Shown piece by piece: positions 26,773 to 37,354 of a DNA stretch of 64,000 nt. A model generated the notes under the pieces. It was not told the origin of the DNA. It did not search any database and was given only the letters and a program-made list of their open reading frames with translations. How positions within the stretch are numbered: the stretch's first letter is position 1; each line of letters opens with the position of its first letter. Position numbers and translations under genes: made by a program. The stretch is from NCBI GenBank assembly GCA_965649825.1, contig OZ287696.1:2263724-2327723 (forward strand), given 5' to 3'. Origin of the DNA: Penicillus capitatus (lineage: Eukaryota > Plantae > Chlorophyta).

Positions 26773-27109
26773 ATGCCTCGTTGCGAAACACGTTGCAGAT
26801 GCGCCATCGGTCTTTGCGGTCTGGACTGCCCATGCCAATTACATTGTCTGTGCAAAACTGGTTCTCCTACGGAAATCTACAACGGCCCGTGCGGCTGTGG
26901 CCACTGCGACAAATCGTGCGCTGCTTGTAACAGAACGTCCGAGGAATTTCGTCGCAAAACCATGCTTGGACGTGTCAGAGGAGGAATTGTCCTTGCCTCA
27001 ATATTCGCAGGCACCACCTTCGTGGTCATCCGCAGAAGAATGAACCGCGCACAAGTAACCACGACGAGCATTTTTTCAAACACAAATTCTTATTCCATAG
27101 GCTGCCTGA
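26773..27109 (+). CDS. Cys-rich (metallothionein/CXC-like) tail-anchored mini-protein, 96 aa, copy A
   Basis: 13 Cys in CxC clusters, one C-terminal hydrophobic helix flanked by Arg/Lys; 46-nt GT-AG intron 27055-27100 then GCT GCC TGA, mirrored in copy B. Confidence 0.75.
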
Positions 27110-27833
27110 GTCGCTCGTCGAAAGAAATTTTCCGCAGCCGTAGATATCGCAGAGTACAAAGGAATCGATGGTGTGGTTTACTACGACCTCGATGTTTTTG
27201 TCGGTCGGCGTGGAGGGCTGAGCGAAAGCACTGCCGGCCATCGCATCTTCCGTACACGCATTTTCACCTAGGCCTTGTATGATAGAAGAGAGTTAGAAGT
27301 TTAGGCCGCTGCGGGCGCTACAGTTGTTGCTACATTATGAAATGAATTGCGTACAAACAACGTTTACCAACACCACGGCCTCGCTCGCTTAGGGAGAAAA
27401 GTTGCGGCCGGCTCGCGTCTTACCTCAACGTGGCACGAGAGGACACCGAGGCAGAGGCAGTCGCTGATGCACTCTGAGCACAGTCGAATATTCCAGATGC
27501 GCAGGCACGTCGGCTGATACAGGGAAAAAAGAACATGTGGCATGCAGACAGGGTGAATGCGTTGTTGGGCTTGGTAGAGTGGTTCTTCCTCGCTCGCCCG
27601 AAGATTTTTGTCTCGTGGCTACAGCGCGACGCGAACGACTCGTGAACTGCTGCTGCATGAGAAATGCGCCGAGTGGACCGTCGATGTCCGCGGAAGCTGC
27701 TGAGAACCCAACATCGCATGACCCATCAGGTTGCGACGTGGAGATGCCGATTAAGTCACCTCTTTCCCGAGGTGGGCAAAATCCACCGCGCGCTGGGCGA
27801 GAAGCATAGTAGGGAATACTTACCCAGATTCTG

Positions 27834-28576
27834 ATGGCCTGTCATCACGTCGAGTAGAATCTAAAAGTGTCGCCGCCGGATGGCTCGGCACCCTACATGC
27901 CCCTCAGCGAGATTCGGTCGAATGACAGACAGCAGGAAGCATACTGCCGGGTCCTGTCTCAGTAGAACGAGCTCTACGCAGAATGTCGCCGCATGAGAAC
28001 GCAGGTCACACAGGCTCTTGTCCTACACGAGCAGTGCTCCGTGGAGTGGGACGACCCCTCTGTGTCCTCGAAACAGGAGCTGTTTCGCCGCAGGGAGAAA
28101 GCTGCCAAGGAGCGCACCGGCAAGGCAGGTTCAGGAGGGAAGCACAGACTCCAGGATCCGCCTCCGAAGGAGGTGGAGTTTGTGAATCCGGACTTGGAGG
28201 AGTACCTCCTGGCATCGCTCGAGTCGATGCACAAGAGACTCATCCCAGACTGCAGAGTCTGATCTCCGCTGCGATGCACGTCCACGTTAAGAGCTTGTCG
28301 GATCCAGACTCCCGGCAGCGCCACGCCGTGAAGCGCCTTGCCATCGACCAGAGAAACGACATCACGAGACTGGGCATCGCTCCCAAGCGACTGGCGCGAG
28401 ACGGCAGTGGAGCGAAGAGGTACAGAGCCGTCGAAGCGACGACCGGGGTCTCGTCCTCCACGAAGGATGCTGGATGCCGTTCGTCGAGCGTCCCTTCGAA
28501 GATGAGGAGGCGTCAGGATGGGAGACGACTGCCGACCACGTCCTGCGTCGTCTGCCGAAAACGACTTTCGATCTGA
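27834..28576 (+). pseudogene. Orphan ORF disrupted by in-frame TAG stops (copy A)
   Basis: Homologous to 62723-63488; each copy has stops where the other has sense codons; possible 35-nt intron near 28256-28290. Confidence 0.5.
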
Positions 28577-28675
28577 GCGAAGCAGAGGCGAAGCAGACGA
28601 TGCTCTCGGACAGATGACGACGGCCAAAATGACTTACTCACTCGATTGTTCTACGACGTCGACGGCGCCATTCTC

Positions 28676-29633
28676 ATGAAACGTGTGGCCCTTCGGCTTT
28701 CATCCGACGTGCGACGCCTGACCTCTGCGCGATCCCGAGACCTCGCCAAGCGGCGTCGACGGCCGCTCTCGTGTCCCCCGGTCTTCCCGAAGGACGGATC
28801 CCCCGAAGAGACGACTCTGCTCTCGGTGCGGCTCCGTGCCCGAGCTGGAGTTCGCCAGAGGGACTGCGGCGCGTGACGACTACGACGCCATCTGCGTTCT
28901 CGGAGGCGGCCACTCGGCCGACGGAACGCATCCGCCCTGGGTCTCGCGGCGACTCGAACTCGCCCGACGTCTCCTCGAGCGCCAGGCCGGTCCCGCCGTC
29001 CTCCTGTGCGTCGGTAAGCGATTCCCTTCGGACGTCTCCTTCGGAGGTATTTGTGCAGGGGGAGGAACACCGCACAGGCCGCCGCTGTGCGACGAGCACG
29101 GCTACGCGGTCCATGAGGCGACGCTGCTCGCGGCGGACCTGATCTCGCAGGGCGTCGATGCCCGACGACTCCTAAAGGAGTATGCCTCCTACGACACCAT
29201 CGGCAACGCCTACTTCACAATGACGTCCCACGCCATCCCTGCGAAGTGGTCTCGCGTGGCCGTCGTCACCAGCGAGTCCCACATGCCGAGGTCGAGAGCT
29301 CTCTACACCGACATCTTCAGCCTGGGGAGCGCTCACCTGCCAGATTCGTACCGTCCTGCGATCACCCGATCTCCTGCCGATCTCCTGCAACCTAGGTTCC
29401 TGCTGGAGTTCTTCGCGGCCTCGGACGAAGGCGCCCTGTCTCCTGAGGTGCTGGAAGCGCGGCGCGCGCGGGAGGCGGCGAGTCTCGCCGAGTGGAAGCA
29501 GAACTTCGCGAAGATCGAATGCCTGGCAGACTTCCACCTCTGGCTCTACGCCACCCACAGGTGCTACGCCGTGGCTCGGCAGCACGAGTTCGCATTCTCT
29601 GACATCGGCGACCTCGATCGACTGACCTATTAA
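28676..29633 (+). CDS. DUF218 (YdcF/ElyC-like) domain protein; 5' end unresolved
   Basis: DAICVLGGG, GGGTPHRPP, EYASYDTIGNAYF, VVTSESHMPRS motifs; 45-nt GT-AG intron after LLCVG. Confidence 0.82.
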
Positions 29634-29643
29634 ACAAGTTGTG

Positions 29644-31012
29644 TTAAAGGCGAAACTCTTTCGACTGGACAGGTTCGTTTCCCGATCCCCGTCGCCACGT
29701 TCCCGGCATTTGGTCCTCGTCCGTCGCGTCCATCCTCCACTGCTCGTTGAACAGGACGGTCGACAGATACCGTTCGCCGAAGCTCGGAAGAACGACGACG
29801 ATCAGCTTGTCCCGGTTCTCCGAGCGCAGCCCGACGCGCAGGGCGGCCTCGACGGCGGCGCCGGACGAGATGCCTGCCAGGATCCCCTCCTCCGTCGCCA
29901 GTCTCCGCGCCATGGCGATCGCTTCCTTGCTCGACACCTTGATCACCTCGTCGATCAGGTCCCTCCTGAGGACCTTCGGAACGAATCCCGCGCCGATGCC
30001 CTGGATCTGGTGGTAGCCTGGCCGGCCGCCGGACAGGACGGCGCTCTCGGTCGGTTCGACGGCGATGAGCTGTATCCCCGGGTTCTGTTCGCGCAGGAAC
30101 TGTCCGGCTCCGGTGATCGTCCCTCCGGTCCCGACGCCCGCCACCAGAATGTCGATGGCACCGTTCGTGTCGTGCCAGATCTCCGGCCCCGTCGTCTCGT
30201 AGTGCGCCTGAGGATTAGCCGGGTTCTCGAACTGCTGCAGCATGTAGGCTGAGGGCAGCTGCCTTCGGATCTCCTCTGCCTTCTGGATGGCCCCTCTCAT
30301 TCCCTAAGGCACCACACCCTGTCCGACCCGCCGAGCGCGGCCGGTTCACCTGCGATCCGTCCGTCAAGACAAGTCTGGCGCCGAACCCCTTCAGCAGAAC
30401 GCGCCGTTCCGTGCTCATCGTGTCCGGCATCGTCAGGACCAGATCGTACCCCAGAGTGGAGGCAACGAAGGCCAAACCCACTCCGGTGTTGCCGCTCGTC
30501 GGTTCCACCTACTCCACAGATTCTCCACCCAAAAAACGGCTGCGAGGTGGCTCGCACGAGTGTCGTGACTCCCGGCTTGATCCATCCTCTCCTCTCCGCG
30601 TCACGGACCATGCTCAGCGCGATCCGATCCTTCACACTGGCCACCGCAGCCACGACATCACTTTGCAGAATCGCGTTAGGGCTCGTGCCTCTTGCAGGGT
30701 TCCATGGTCTCGAGCTTGGCGGCGATCTGCGCGAAGCTGGTCCTTACCACGCGGTTCAAGAACACCTAGCAATCGTCGGCTGCCGGTCCGTGCGAACGGA
30801 AGTCATACCGTCGGCGTGTCCCCTATGGTGGCGCACACGTCGGCGGAAAGCTTTGCGCTGCCGTTGCGTTTGATGTCGGCCGCGAGCCCACCGTCTGCTT
30901 CGCTCTGGCCTCCGATCTCCATCCTCGGCCGCAGACGCGCGCGTCGAGTACTGTGTCCAGCTTTGTGACTCGAAACTTTCGGTGAACCTTTCCACGGAAG
31001 GACAGTCCGCAT
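29644..31012 (-). CDS. cysK: Cysteine synthase / O-acetylserine(thiol)lyase, transit-peptide-like N-terminus, 4 introns
   Basis: IGDTPTV|[13 protein letters not shown]|SVKDRIA (PLP lysine), [47 protein letters not shown]. Confidence 0.95.
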
Positions 31013-31095
31013 GATGCAAAAAAACGACAACCCGTACAGGAGAACGAACGCACGCGTTTTGGCAAAGATGATGACGACTTCCATCACTGAGGCGT

Positions 31096-32750
31096 CTAAT
31101 TCACCTCTTTGATCAGCGTCAGAGTCTTGCCCTGGTCCCAAAACGGAAAGTCCTTCTTCTCCTGTTGCAGCTTGAACGTCTTTACCTCACTAATCGTGGC
31201 TCCTTCACGGGCTAACTCCATCTGCCTAGCCGCATTCTCCCTATAGCGCTGGCTATAGGGATGGCACTCGACGGAGAGGGCCCCCTTGCGCTCGTCGGAG
31301 TTGAGGTTTCTCACCAGATTCGACAGCTTCTTCCAAGCACGCTCCGTCCTGATCTTTGCGATAGGGTAGTACACCAGGCGATAATAACGACCCACGTCGA
31401 CGTTCTTAATGGAGAGTGGCTTGAACATTCGACAGTATCTGGAAGAGACTCGGCAGGAGTATGAAGATGGGCAAAGACTGACCTGTTCACCCGAATATGC
31501 AGTTTGCGCTCCCTGACAGTCCACCTCAGCCAGTCTCCGTCCTCTTCAATGTCTCCGCCCCCGAAGATTGCCTTCATGTGTTCCAGGAGAGATCTGTCGT
31601 CTGACAGCAGCCAGAACTTAAGCTGGATGCGGAAGTACGGGAAGGTGCCGGACTCGACTAATCGTCCAGCGAAGAGTCCATAGCTGCTGTCGATCCAACC
31701 CATGAGCCACTTGTTATTGAGTTGGGGCCTCCACTGGCACGTCTCCTTGAAAACAAATCCCTCGTCCTGCCAGACGCCCAGGTCCTTGTAGCGCTGCACC
31801 CATTCCCTGAAGGTGTCCCTGGACCGTTGGAGGAAGAGATTGCCATTGAGCAGATGGATGATACACGGTAGGTGCTTGTCGTCTTTCACGTAGAAGATCT
31901 CTTTGGTGTCGTCGGCGTGGCCGAAGTGTAGAAGGGAGCGGATCTTTCTGAAGAACTGTTTGTCTGAATGGTGCAGCGCGAAGTAGGGACGCCCGTTAGG
32001 GCCGACCTTGAATGGGAGCTGTGCCTCCGTGATGCCAATGAACCACTCAGCGAAGTGCGTATCCAGATGGTCTTTGTTGTCGGGTTGGACTTGGTGAAAG
32101 GCCTCAAGGCTGGGACGGGACAACGGCAGACTTAGCGGATCGTTGCTCCGATCTGGACGAGGTGGTCTAGGCGACCCGTGTCTCAGTTCCAAGTCCTCCA
32201 GGGACCCTACACTCTCTTTCTCGCTCTCTTCGAGCTTCACTAGCTGAGAGTCCGTGATTTCCATCTTCTCGGTTTCTTTGTCGACTCCGTCAGCTTTCCT
32301 GAGCTGGTGTACAATCGAGCGGACCATCCGATCGGACGATGGATCGCAGTGGGAGAACGGCAGAACTTTGAAATTCGCGAGCCGTTTTGTTCTCTCCGGT
32401 GTCTCCCTGTGCATCCTTCGCAGCCGCTTGGCATCTCTTTTCGTTGCCTTGTGCTTACGGACGAGGTCGACCGCGAGGACGCTCTCTTCCGGCGAGTGCG
32501 TTCTCCGATAGACTCGCTGCCGGATTTCTTCTTCATCTGCCTCGACGTCCTTTGCCTGATTCTTCACCTCCAACTTCTTCGCGTAGCCGTAAAAACGCTC
32601 GTCTGCGTCTTTGGGTCCATCGTCTGCTTGACGCGCGCGACCTCGCGCGAAGGAACGTGAAGTCGTTGCCGTCTTCGTTGCTAGTCGATCCCGCAGACCG
32701 CTGCCGACATTCCATCCCGTGAAGTCGAGGAGACGGCAACTCCTGTGCAT
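31096..32750 (-). CDS. Nuclear-encoded double-motif LAGLIDADG protein with N-terminal extension and one spliceosomal intron
   Basis: Motif 1 FAEWFIGITEAQLPF...IRSLLHFG...IHLLNGNLFL; motif 2 KWLMGWIDSSYGLF; a 44-nt GT-AG intron near 31439-31482 joins ORF 31311-32750 to 31096-31438. Confidence 0.8.
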
Positions 32751-32949
32751 CAGTTCGGACTCTCCTTCAATGCGGCGTCACGTCGAGAGACTCGTGCACT
32801 CAACTATCCGACGCTGTAACATCAACGGGTCATCGCAGTCACGCGCGGATGCCGTTTTCGAATGCAGAGTCACTTCTCCCTGCGTTTGTGTTGATGTTCC
32901 GAAAAAACATGTCTGAGCTTCTTTAAAAGCGAATCTGCGCAAAATCCTC

Positions 32950-34872
32950 GACTAGTAATAGGTTAAAAACGTCTTCTTATCGAGAAACATCAAACAACAA
33001 TTTGTCTCGGTCGTCGGATTCGCGAAGAGTCGTCAAGAACACGTCACAGTCGCACATCGCTTGCTTCCAAACTTCCCAAAGGAGCAAAATCTTCAGTTCG
33101 TCGGGATCTGCTTCTACCGCCCTCCTGACATCAATTAGTGTTCGCCCCTCCGTTAAGAAGTATCCATTCAGCTCTCTGAAGTCCTGCACAACCCGGATCT
33201 TTTTCTTCCTAAGATTCAGGAATGGCATCAAAGGACTCAGAAACATCCGCATACCTGGAGAAACCCTTTCGATGTACCCGAGTTCTCCATAGCGGCGGAG
33301 TTGTTTTCTGAGATCTTTACTCTTTTACTCTTTTCCATGTGTCTATTTGTAGGTACACTCTTGTTAACCACCCATCAGGGGATACTGTGTTCTTGGCGGC
33401 TCGTTAGTTTTGACTATACATGTCTCCATCAAATGTAAAAACTTGTGCACGGTTAGGTCGAATCCCCTGGAAAAAGTTCAAGTGAATATTGCTTCAGCGC
33501 TGCTTCACTTCCACCAACAACTATCTTTTTTCACCTTGCAGAACCTCGCCGCAACATTTGATTGCCTCGTTTGGCATCTTCTTGACAATTACATTCTTCA
33601 ATCCAAAGATTCTGATGAGAATCTGATTAAGGGGGGTTGTCTTACTGGCATTATAAACTTAGGACTTCAACTCCCCATTCTATACCATAAGTGAGGTCGA
33701 CAACAAATTCTTCATGCGAGGTGTTAAGACTATTGTGCATCCACCTTTCAGATCGATCTTTCACGGAATTGAGTGTTTTCCATTCTTAAGGTTTTCGAGA
33801 AAGCTTCTTACTAAAAAGTAAGCCTACAGTGTTTCCTGATTTTTTAATAAAAACGAACGATCATTGGGACCCTCCATTTCTGAGATATGATGATTTCCCT
33901 CTTGTTAACTCGCCGGTGAATTTGGGTGTTGCTAGCTAACTCAGTTTCTCGAAGACATTTCAAAACCTCTCCCTCGTTTTTTCCATGTCCTTCCCAATGT
34001 CCCAAGACTGTGTTCATTTATCTGAGTGTCCCATTACCCAGAATTGTCTCAGTAGTCTGACTTACAACATGGAACGGGGCTAGACATTTTGTCCCGTGCT
34101 TCAATCTCAAAAAGTCAACGTCTTCGTTGTCTGCGTCCTGATTAAATCTTCTGAGCGTCGCCTTGTTGATCATGTCGATTCCTCGTTCGAATCCCTCTTT
34201 ATTGAATGTGGCATGAGTTCTCACACTACAAACTTATCACATTCCTACGCTCCTCTATCAAACAAGCGTTTAGGTTTTCCCAACTTCCCAATTGAAAGTT
34301 TCGCGGAGGTCTGATTGACGGGGAACATAGCCATCATTGGGTGTCTCGTCACTTTAAAATCTGCCTCTGTGACTGGATCTTTTTCTCTCATGTTTTCTGG
34401 ATTTTAAGGTTCAAGGCTATTCGCTGTCGCAAAGACTTATAGGATTGTGTCCTCGTACAAGAGAGCTTTGTGAAAATCTGCTGTCTTTTCGCTCGAACAC
34501 AGGGTTCTGTTCCAACCGACGACCGTTTCCAAGCCTGGTTCTGCATCCCGCGGGGAGATGTCCCTTCTGTCTGCATCGATTGGACTCAACGTGCGGCAAC
34601 ATTCGCAATCTTTTAGCGAGGCGATTTCCCGTTGCAACGTGAGGACCGAGACAGACAAACTCAGAAAGTTCGTTACAATGGCAGATGTTCTAATGTTTTC
34701 ATGTTCTTGTCGCGTTGTCGGTTGACGACGAAGGCTTATAGCTTACAGAAGACTGTCAGACAAGTAAAGGTCGAGGTTAAATACCCGAGGAACTAACTAA
34801 CAGGTCACATCAAGTGTTCCTGGGCCACTCGTTGGTCCACTGCTCTGAGCTGGGCATTACGTAACTGTGACA
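32950..34872 (-). mobile_element. Degenerate retrotransposon remnant (Ty3/gypsy- or DIRS-type reverse transcriptase N-terminus)
   Basis: KDLRKQLRRYGELGYIERVSP...SPLMPF...KKKIRVVQDFRELNGYF at ~33318-33155; possible protease motif LFDRGA near 34265; AT-rich with many stops; no YxDD motif seen; 34754-34872 bounded by TGTCA...TGACA. Confidence 0.7.
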
Positions 34873-36340
34873 GTTCTTAAGGACCACAGGCGCTTCATCT
34901 ATCACAATAACACAACACCGGTCAGGCTTGAGCTATGCGCGAACTTTTAAGTTGTGTTGACTGCAGAGAGTCACGGTTTTTGTAAGTAGAGGAAATGTGC
35001 AGATAGGTGTTCAGTCGGTGCAAATAGTGTGGACCGAGAAGACTATTATCGATCTGGAAATCACACAAATGGTCGACAGACGGCCACTTCCCGAAGAGAA
35101 TGTGCAGGGAACCAACCTAACCTGTATCGTCACTCAATCGTGTGTGCGTAAAACAAACCAATCGTCAAACGCGCGTAAAGCATGAGTTTATGTGAAACAT
35201 AAAGAATACCATTACATACCATCCGTTCGGTTCGATTTATGCGCATCGGACTCATCTTGACCGAATAACAAGCCAGAAAAAATTAATCCGACTGAAAACG
35301 GCCAGTTCGATTTATGCGGATCGAACACATCTTGACATTGACAGAATAACAGCTCAGAGAAGCCTGGAATCTTGGATGATGAGGTGCACACAAAATCCAT
35401 TCCTTGCCCGAATACCTACCGAACGATAGCTTTAACCAATTCATGCCCGTCACGAACCCATGCAACCAGTCGCCTCATGAACACAACTTCTCTTCCGTTG
35501 CCGCTGGCAAACAAAACAATCGAAACCTTGTCTCGAATGGGCGCTTTTCAGTCTCGTCGGCATCCCAAACCAAACGGCACAAACCTGTTCTTTGGCGATC
35601 TAACCGTCCGACCACACTTCCGTTCCCGCATCTCCCAGACCAATTCCCAGCGCCTCGGCACTCGACCTACCGCCGCATGCAAACCCCGTGGAGCGTAATA
35701 CCATACACACCGTCTAGACTACCACTCTCCCGTGTGCAAACTAACGTCCTCCTCAAGCTGACTACGAAGCAAAGCTTCGTGGCGAAGCCGACGCAAGAAA
35801 TCCACGGACAATAGCTCTTTAGGAAAAAATCTACGCGAAACAGCCGAAGTATGCTTGCAATGGAAACGAAAAAAAACAAGGAAAAAACAACAAGCCTACG
35901 ATACCGAGAACGGAAAGACAGCGCTGGCGCGGGAAAGAAGAAACCACGTTGCCTACGCAGACACTCAAGAAAAGAAAAAAATCGCGTCGAGCAATGGCGA
36001 TCGCAGAACCCTAGGTCAGCACGGCGCAGTCAACGAAGGAACGTGGCCCCAGAGCCATCCTCGTTCCTTTGCCAAGATCATCCCACGCTCTCCGCTCCGC
36101 GCATTCATTTAGTCGTCGTGCTTTGGCCTCACCGCGTATTCGCCATTCGTGTTCGCTCTCTCGTCACACATCACCAAGTAACGCATTAGAGCGCCAATCT
36201 CGTATCCTGTTGTGCCGACCCTTGACATTGGCTTCTCTCCTCACCCGCCCATCTTGACAAAGTTGCGCCTTCCGCACGAACAGGCCCGATACAACCTCCG
36301 ACAAAACCTAATCCGCACGCCAGACCGCTTCAGCGGTCAT

Positions 36341-37354
36341 TTATCTTCTGGATCTCTTCCGAGAGCTTCTAGGTGAACTCCCCGCTCCAATGTCGACTTT
36401 CCGTTTTGGATCTTCCGTTCCTCTTAACCTCGCCAGCCGTTCTTCCTGAGACCCCGTGTTGCGAAGATTATCAGAACGCCTCGCATCTCTTTCTCTTGAC
36501 ACTTCTTCTTCGTACGTCAAGGCCCGCGTACGACGTTTAGAACCGTTGCCATCGGACGCCATATCTTGTGTTTCCATAACGACGTCTCCATCTTCGTCGA
36601 CAGCAAAAACTTCCGCGGGCGGCTCGGCGTCGTCCGCTTCTTCCGCGGGCGGCTCGGCGTCGTCCGCTTCTTCCGCGGGCGGCTCGGCGTCGTCCGCTTC
36701 TTCCGCGGGCGGCTCGGCGTCGTCCGCTTCTTCCGCGGGCGGCTCGGCGTCGTCCGCTTCTTCCGCGGGCGGCTCGGCGTCGTCCGCTTCTTCCGCGGGC
36801 GGCTCGGCGTCGTCCGCTTCTTCCGCGGGCGGCTCGGCGTCGTCCGCTTCTTCCGCGGGCGGCTCGGCGTCGTCCGCTTCTTCCGCGGGCGGTTGCGCCT
36901 CGGCGGCCTCGTTTAGGATGAAGTTGACGAAGGCAATGGCGAGTGCGCGTCGTCGTCGACGGACCACTCCCACACGGGCGTTAAGCTCTAACCTCATGTT
37001 TCTTACGAACATCGCAATTCTGAAAACCGTAAAATCGTCGTTGTGGGCGTTCATGTTGGTCACCAAAGCATTCCTCAACCTTGTCGCAAAGTCAGCCCAC
37101 GTGTACGGCAACGCGTCTTCACCTCCACCAAAACCCCCGGTCACATGACGCGGACACATCTCTGCACTAACGGATATGAGTGCGAATATGTTATCCGGCC
37201 CGTTTCCGTTATAGTACGATTTTAATAGACGACAAGAGTAGGCTACATGGGCGTCGAAGAAAATACCGTATCTTTCCTCATCGACGGCTTCTTGGCGCAA
37301 CCCGCTCATGGTGTGGTCTGTCAATATCTGAGCAACGAAGGCAAACGAACTCAT
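36341..37354 (-). CDS. Intronless orphan protein, left-arm paralog, with 9x PPAEEADDAE and basic C-terminus
   Basis: 337-aa open frame, alignable over its full length with 38189-38857 (ILTDHT, FATxLRNAL, FRIAMF, LTYEEExSRER). Confidence 0.75.
   Translation of the reverse strand: MSSFAFVAQILTDHTMSGLRQEAVDEERYGIFFDAHVAYSCRLLKSYYNGNGPDNIFALISVSAEMCPRHVTGGFGGGEDALPYTWADFATRLRNALVTNMNAHNDDFTVFRIAMFVRNMRLELNARVGVVRRRRRALAIAFVNFILNEAAEAQPPAEEADDAEPPAEEADDAEPPAEEADDAEPPAEEADDAEPPAEEADDAEPPAEEADDAEPPAEEADDAEPPAEEADDAEPPAEEADDAEPPAEVFAVDEDGDVVMETQDMASDGNGSKRRTRALTYEEEVSRERDARRSDNLRNTGSQEERLARLRGTEDPKRKVDIGAGSSPRSSRKRSRR
36611..36892. repeat. Perfect 30-bp tandem repeat, 9 full copies plus a partial
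   Basis: Unit TTCCGCGGGCGGCTCGGCGTCGTCCGCTTC at 36611, 36641 ... 36851 with no mismatches. Confidence 0.98.

Larger units (their letters stand above)
24155..29110 (+). repeat. Copy A of a ~5-6 kb direct-repeat block (copy B at 58126-64000)
   Basis: Colinear alignable segments: 24155-24285/58126-58255, 24690-26530/58295-60135, 27385-29110/62280-64000. Confidence 0.95.

Noticed and set aside
27834-28000. TAA/TAG = Gln alternative genetic code (known in some ulvophytes), suggested by TAG aligning with CAG
   Set aside because: Conserved host genes end at TAG/TAA where expected (e.g. KDEL-TAG at 39925, HINT, PRMT10) and show no in-frame TAR codons in conserved exons.
1312-30252. Long opposite-strand ORFs such as 1312-1950, 4318-4743, 20092-20706 and 29641-30252
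   Set aside because: Antisense shadows of well-supported genes; no recognisable motifs.
28600-31012. Bacterial contamination or bacterial HGT for the GC-rich cysK/DUF218 block
   Set aside because: Both genes contain host-sized spliceosomal introns and cysK has a transit-peptide-like leader.
31096-32750. Recent organellar DNA insertion (NUMT/NUPT) explaining the LAGLIDADG ORF
   Set aside because: GC-rich, has a spliceosomal intron and an N-terminal extension, and no flanking organellar gene or group I intron sequence is visible.
32930-32960. Helitron 3' end (CTAG preceded by a hairpin)
   Set aside because: The hairpin is only ~3 bp, no matching 5' TC end was identified and there is no Rep/helicase.
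33450-33475. tRNA T-loop-like GGTCGAATCCC
   Set aside because: No cloverleaf, D-loop or acceptor stem can be built around it.
36611-36892. CRISPR-like array of 30-bp repeats
   Set aside because: Units are directly adjacent with no spacers, lie in a eukaryotic ORF, and no cas genes are present.
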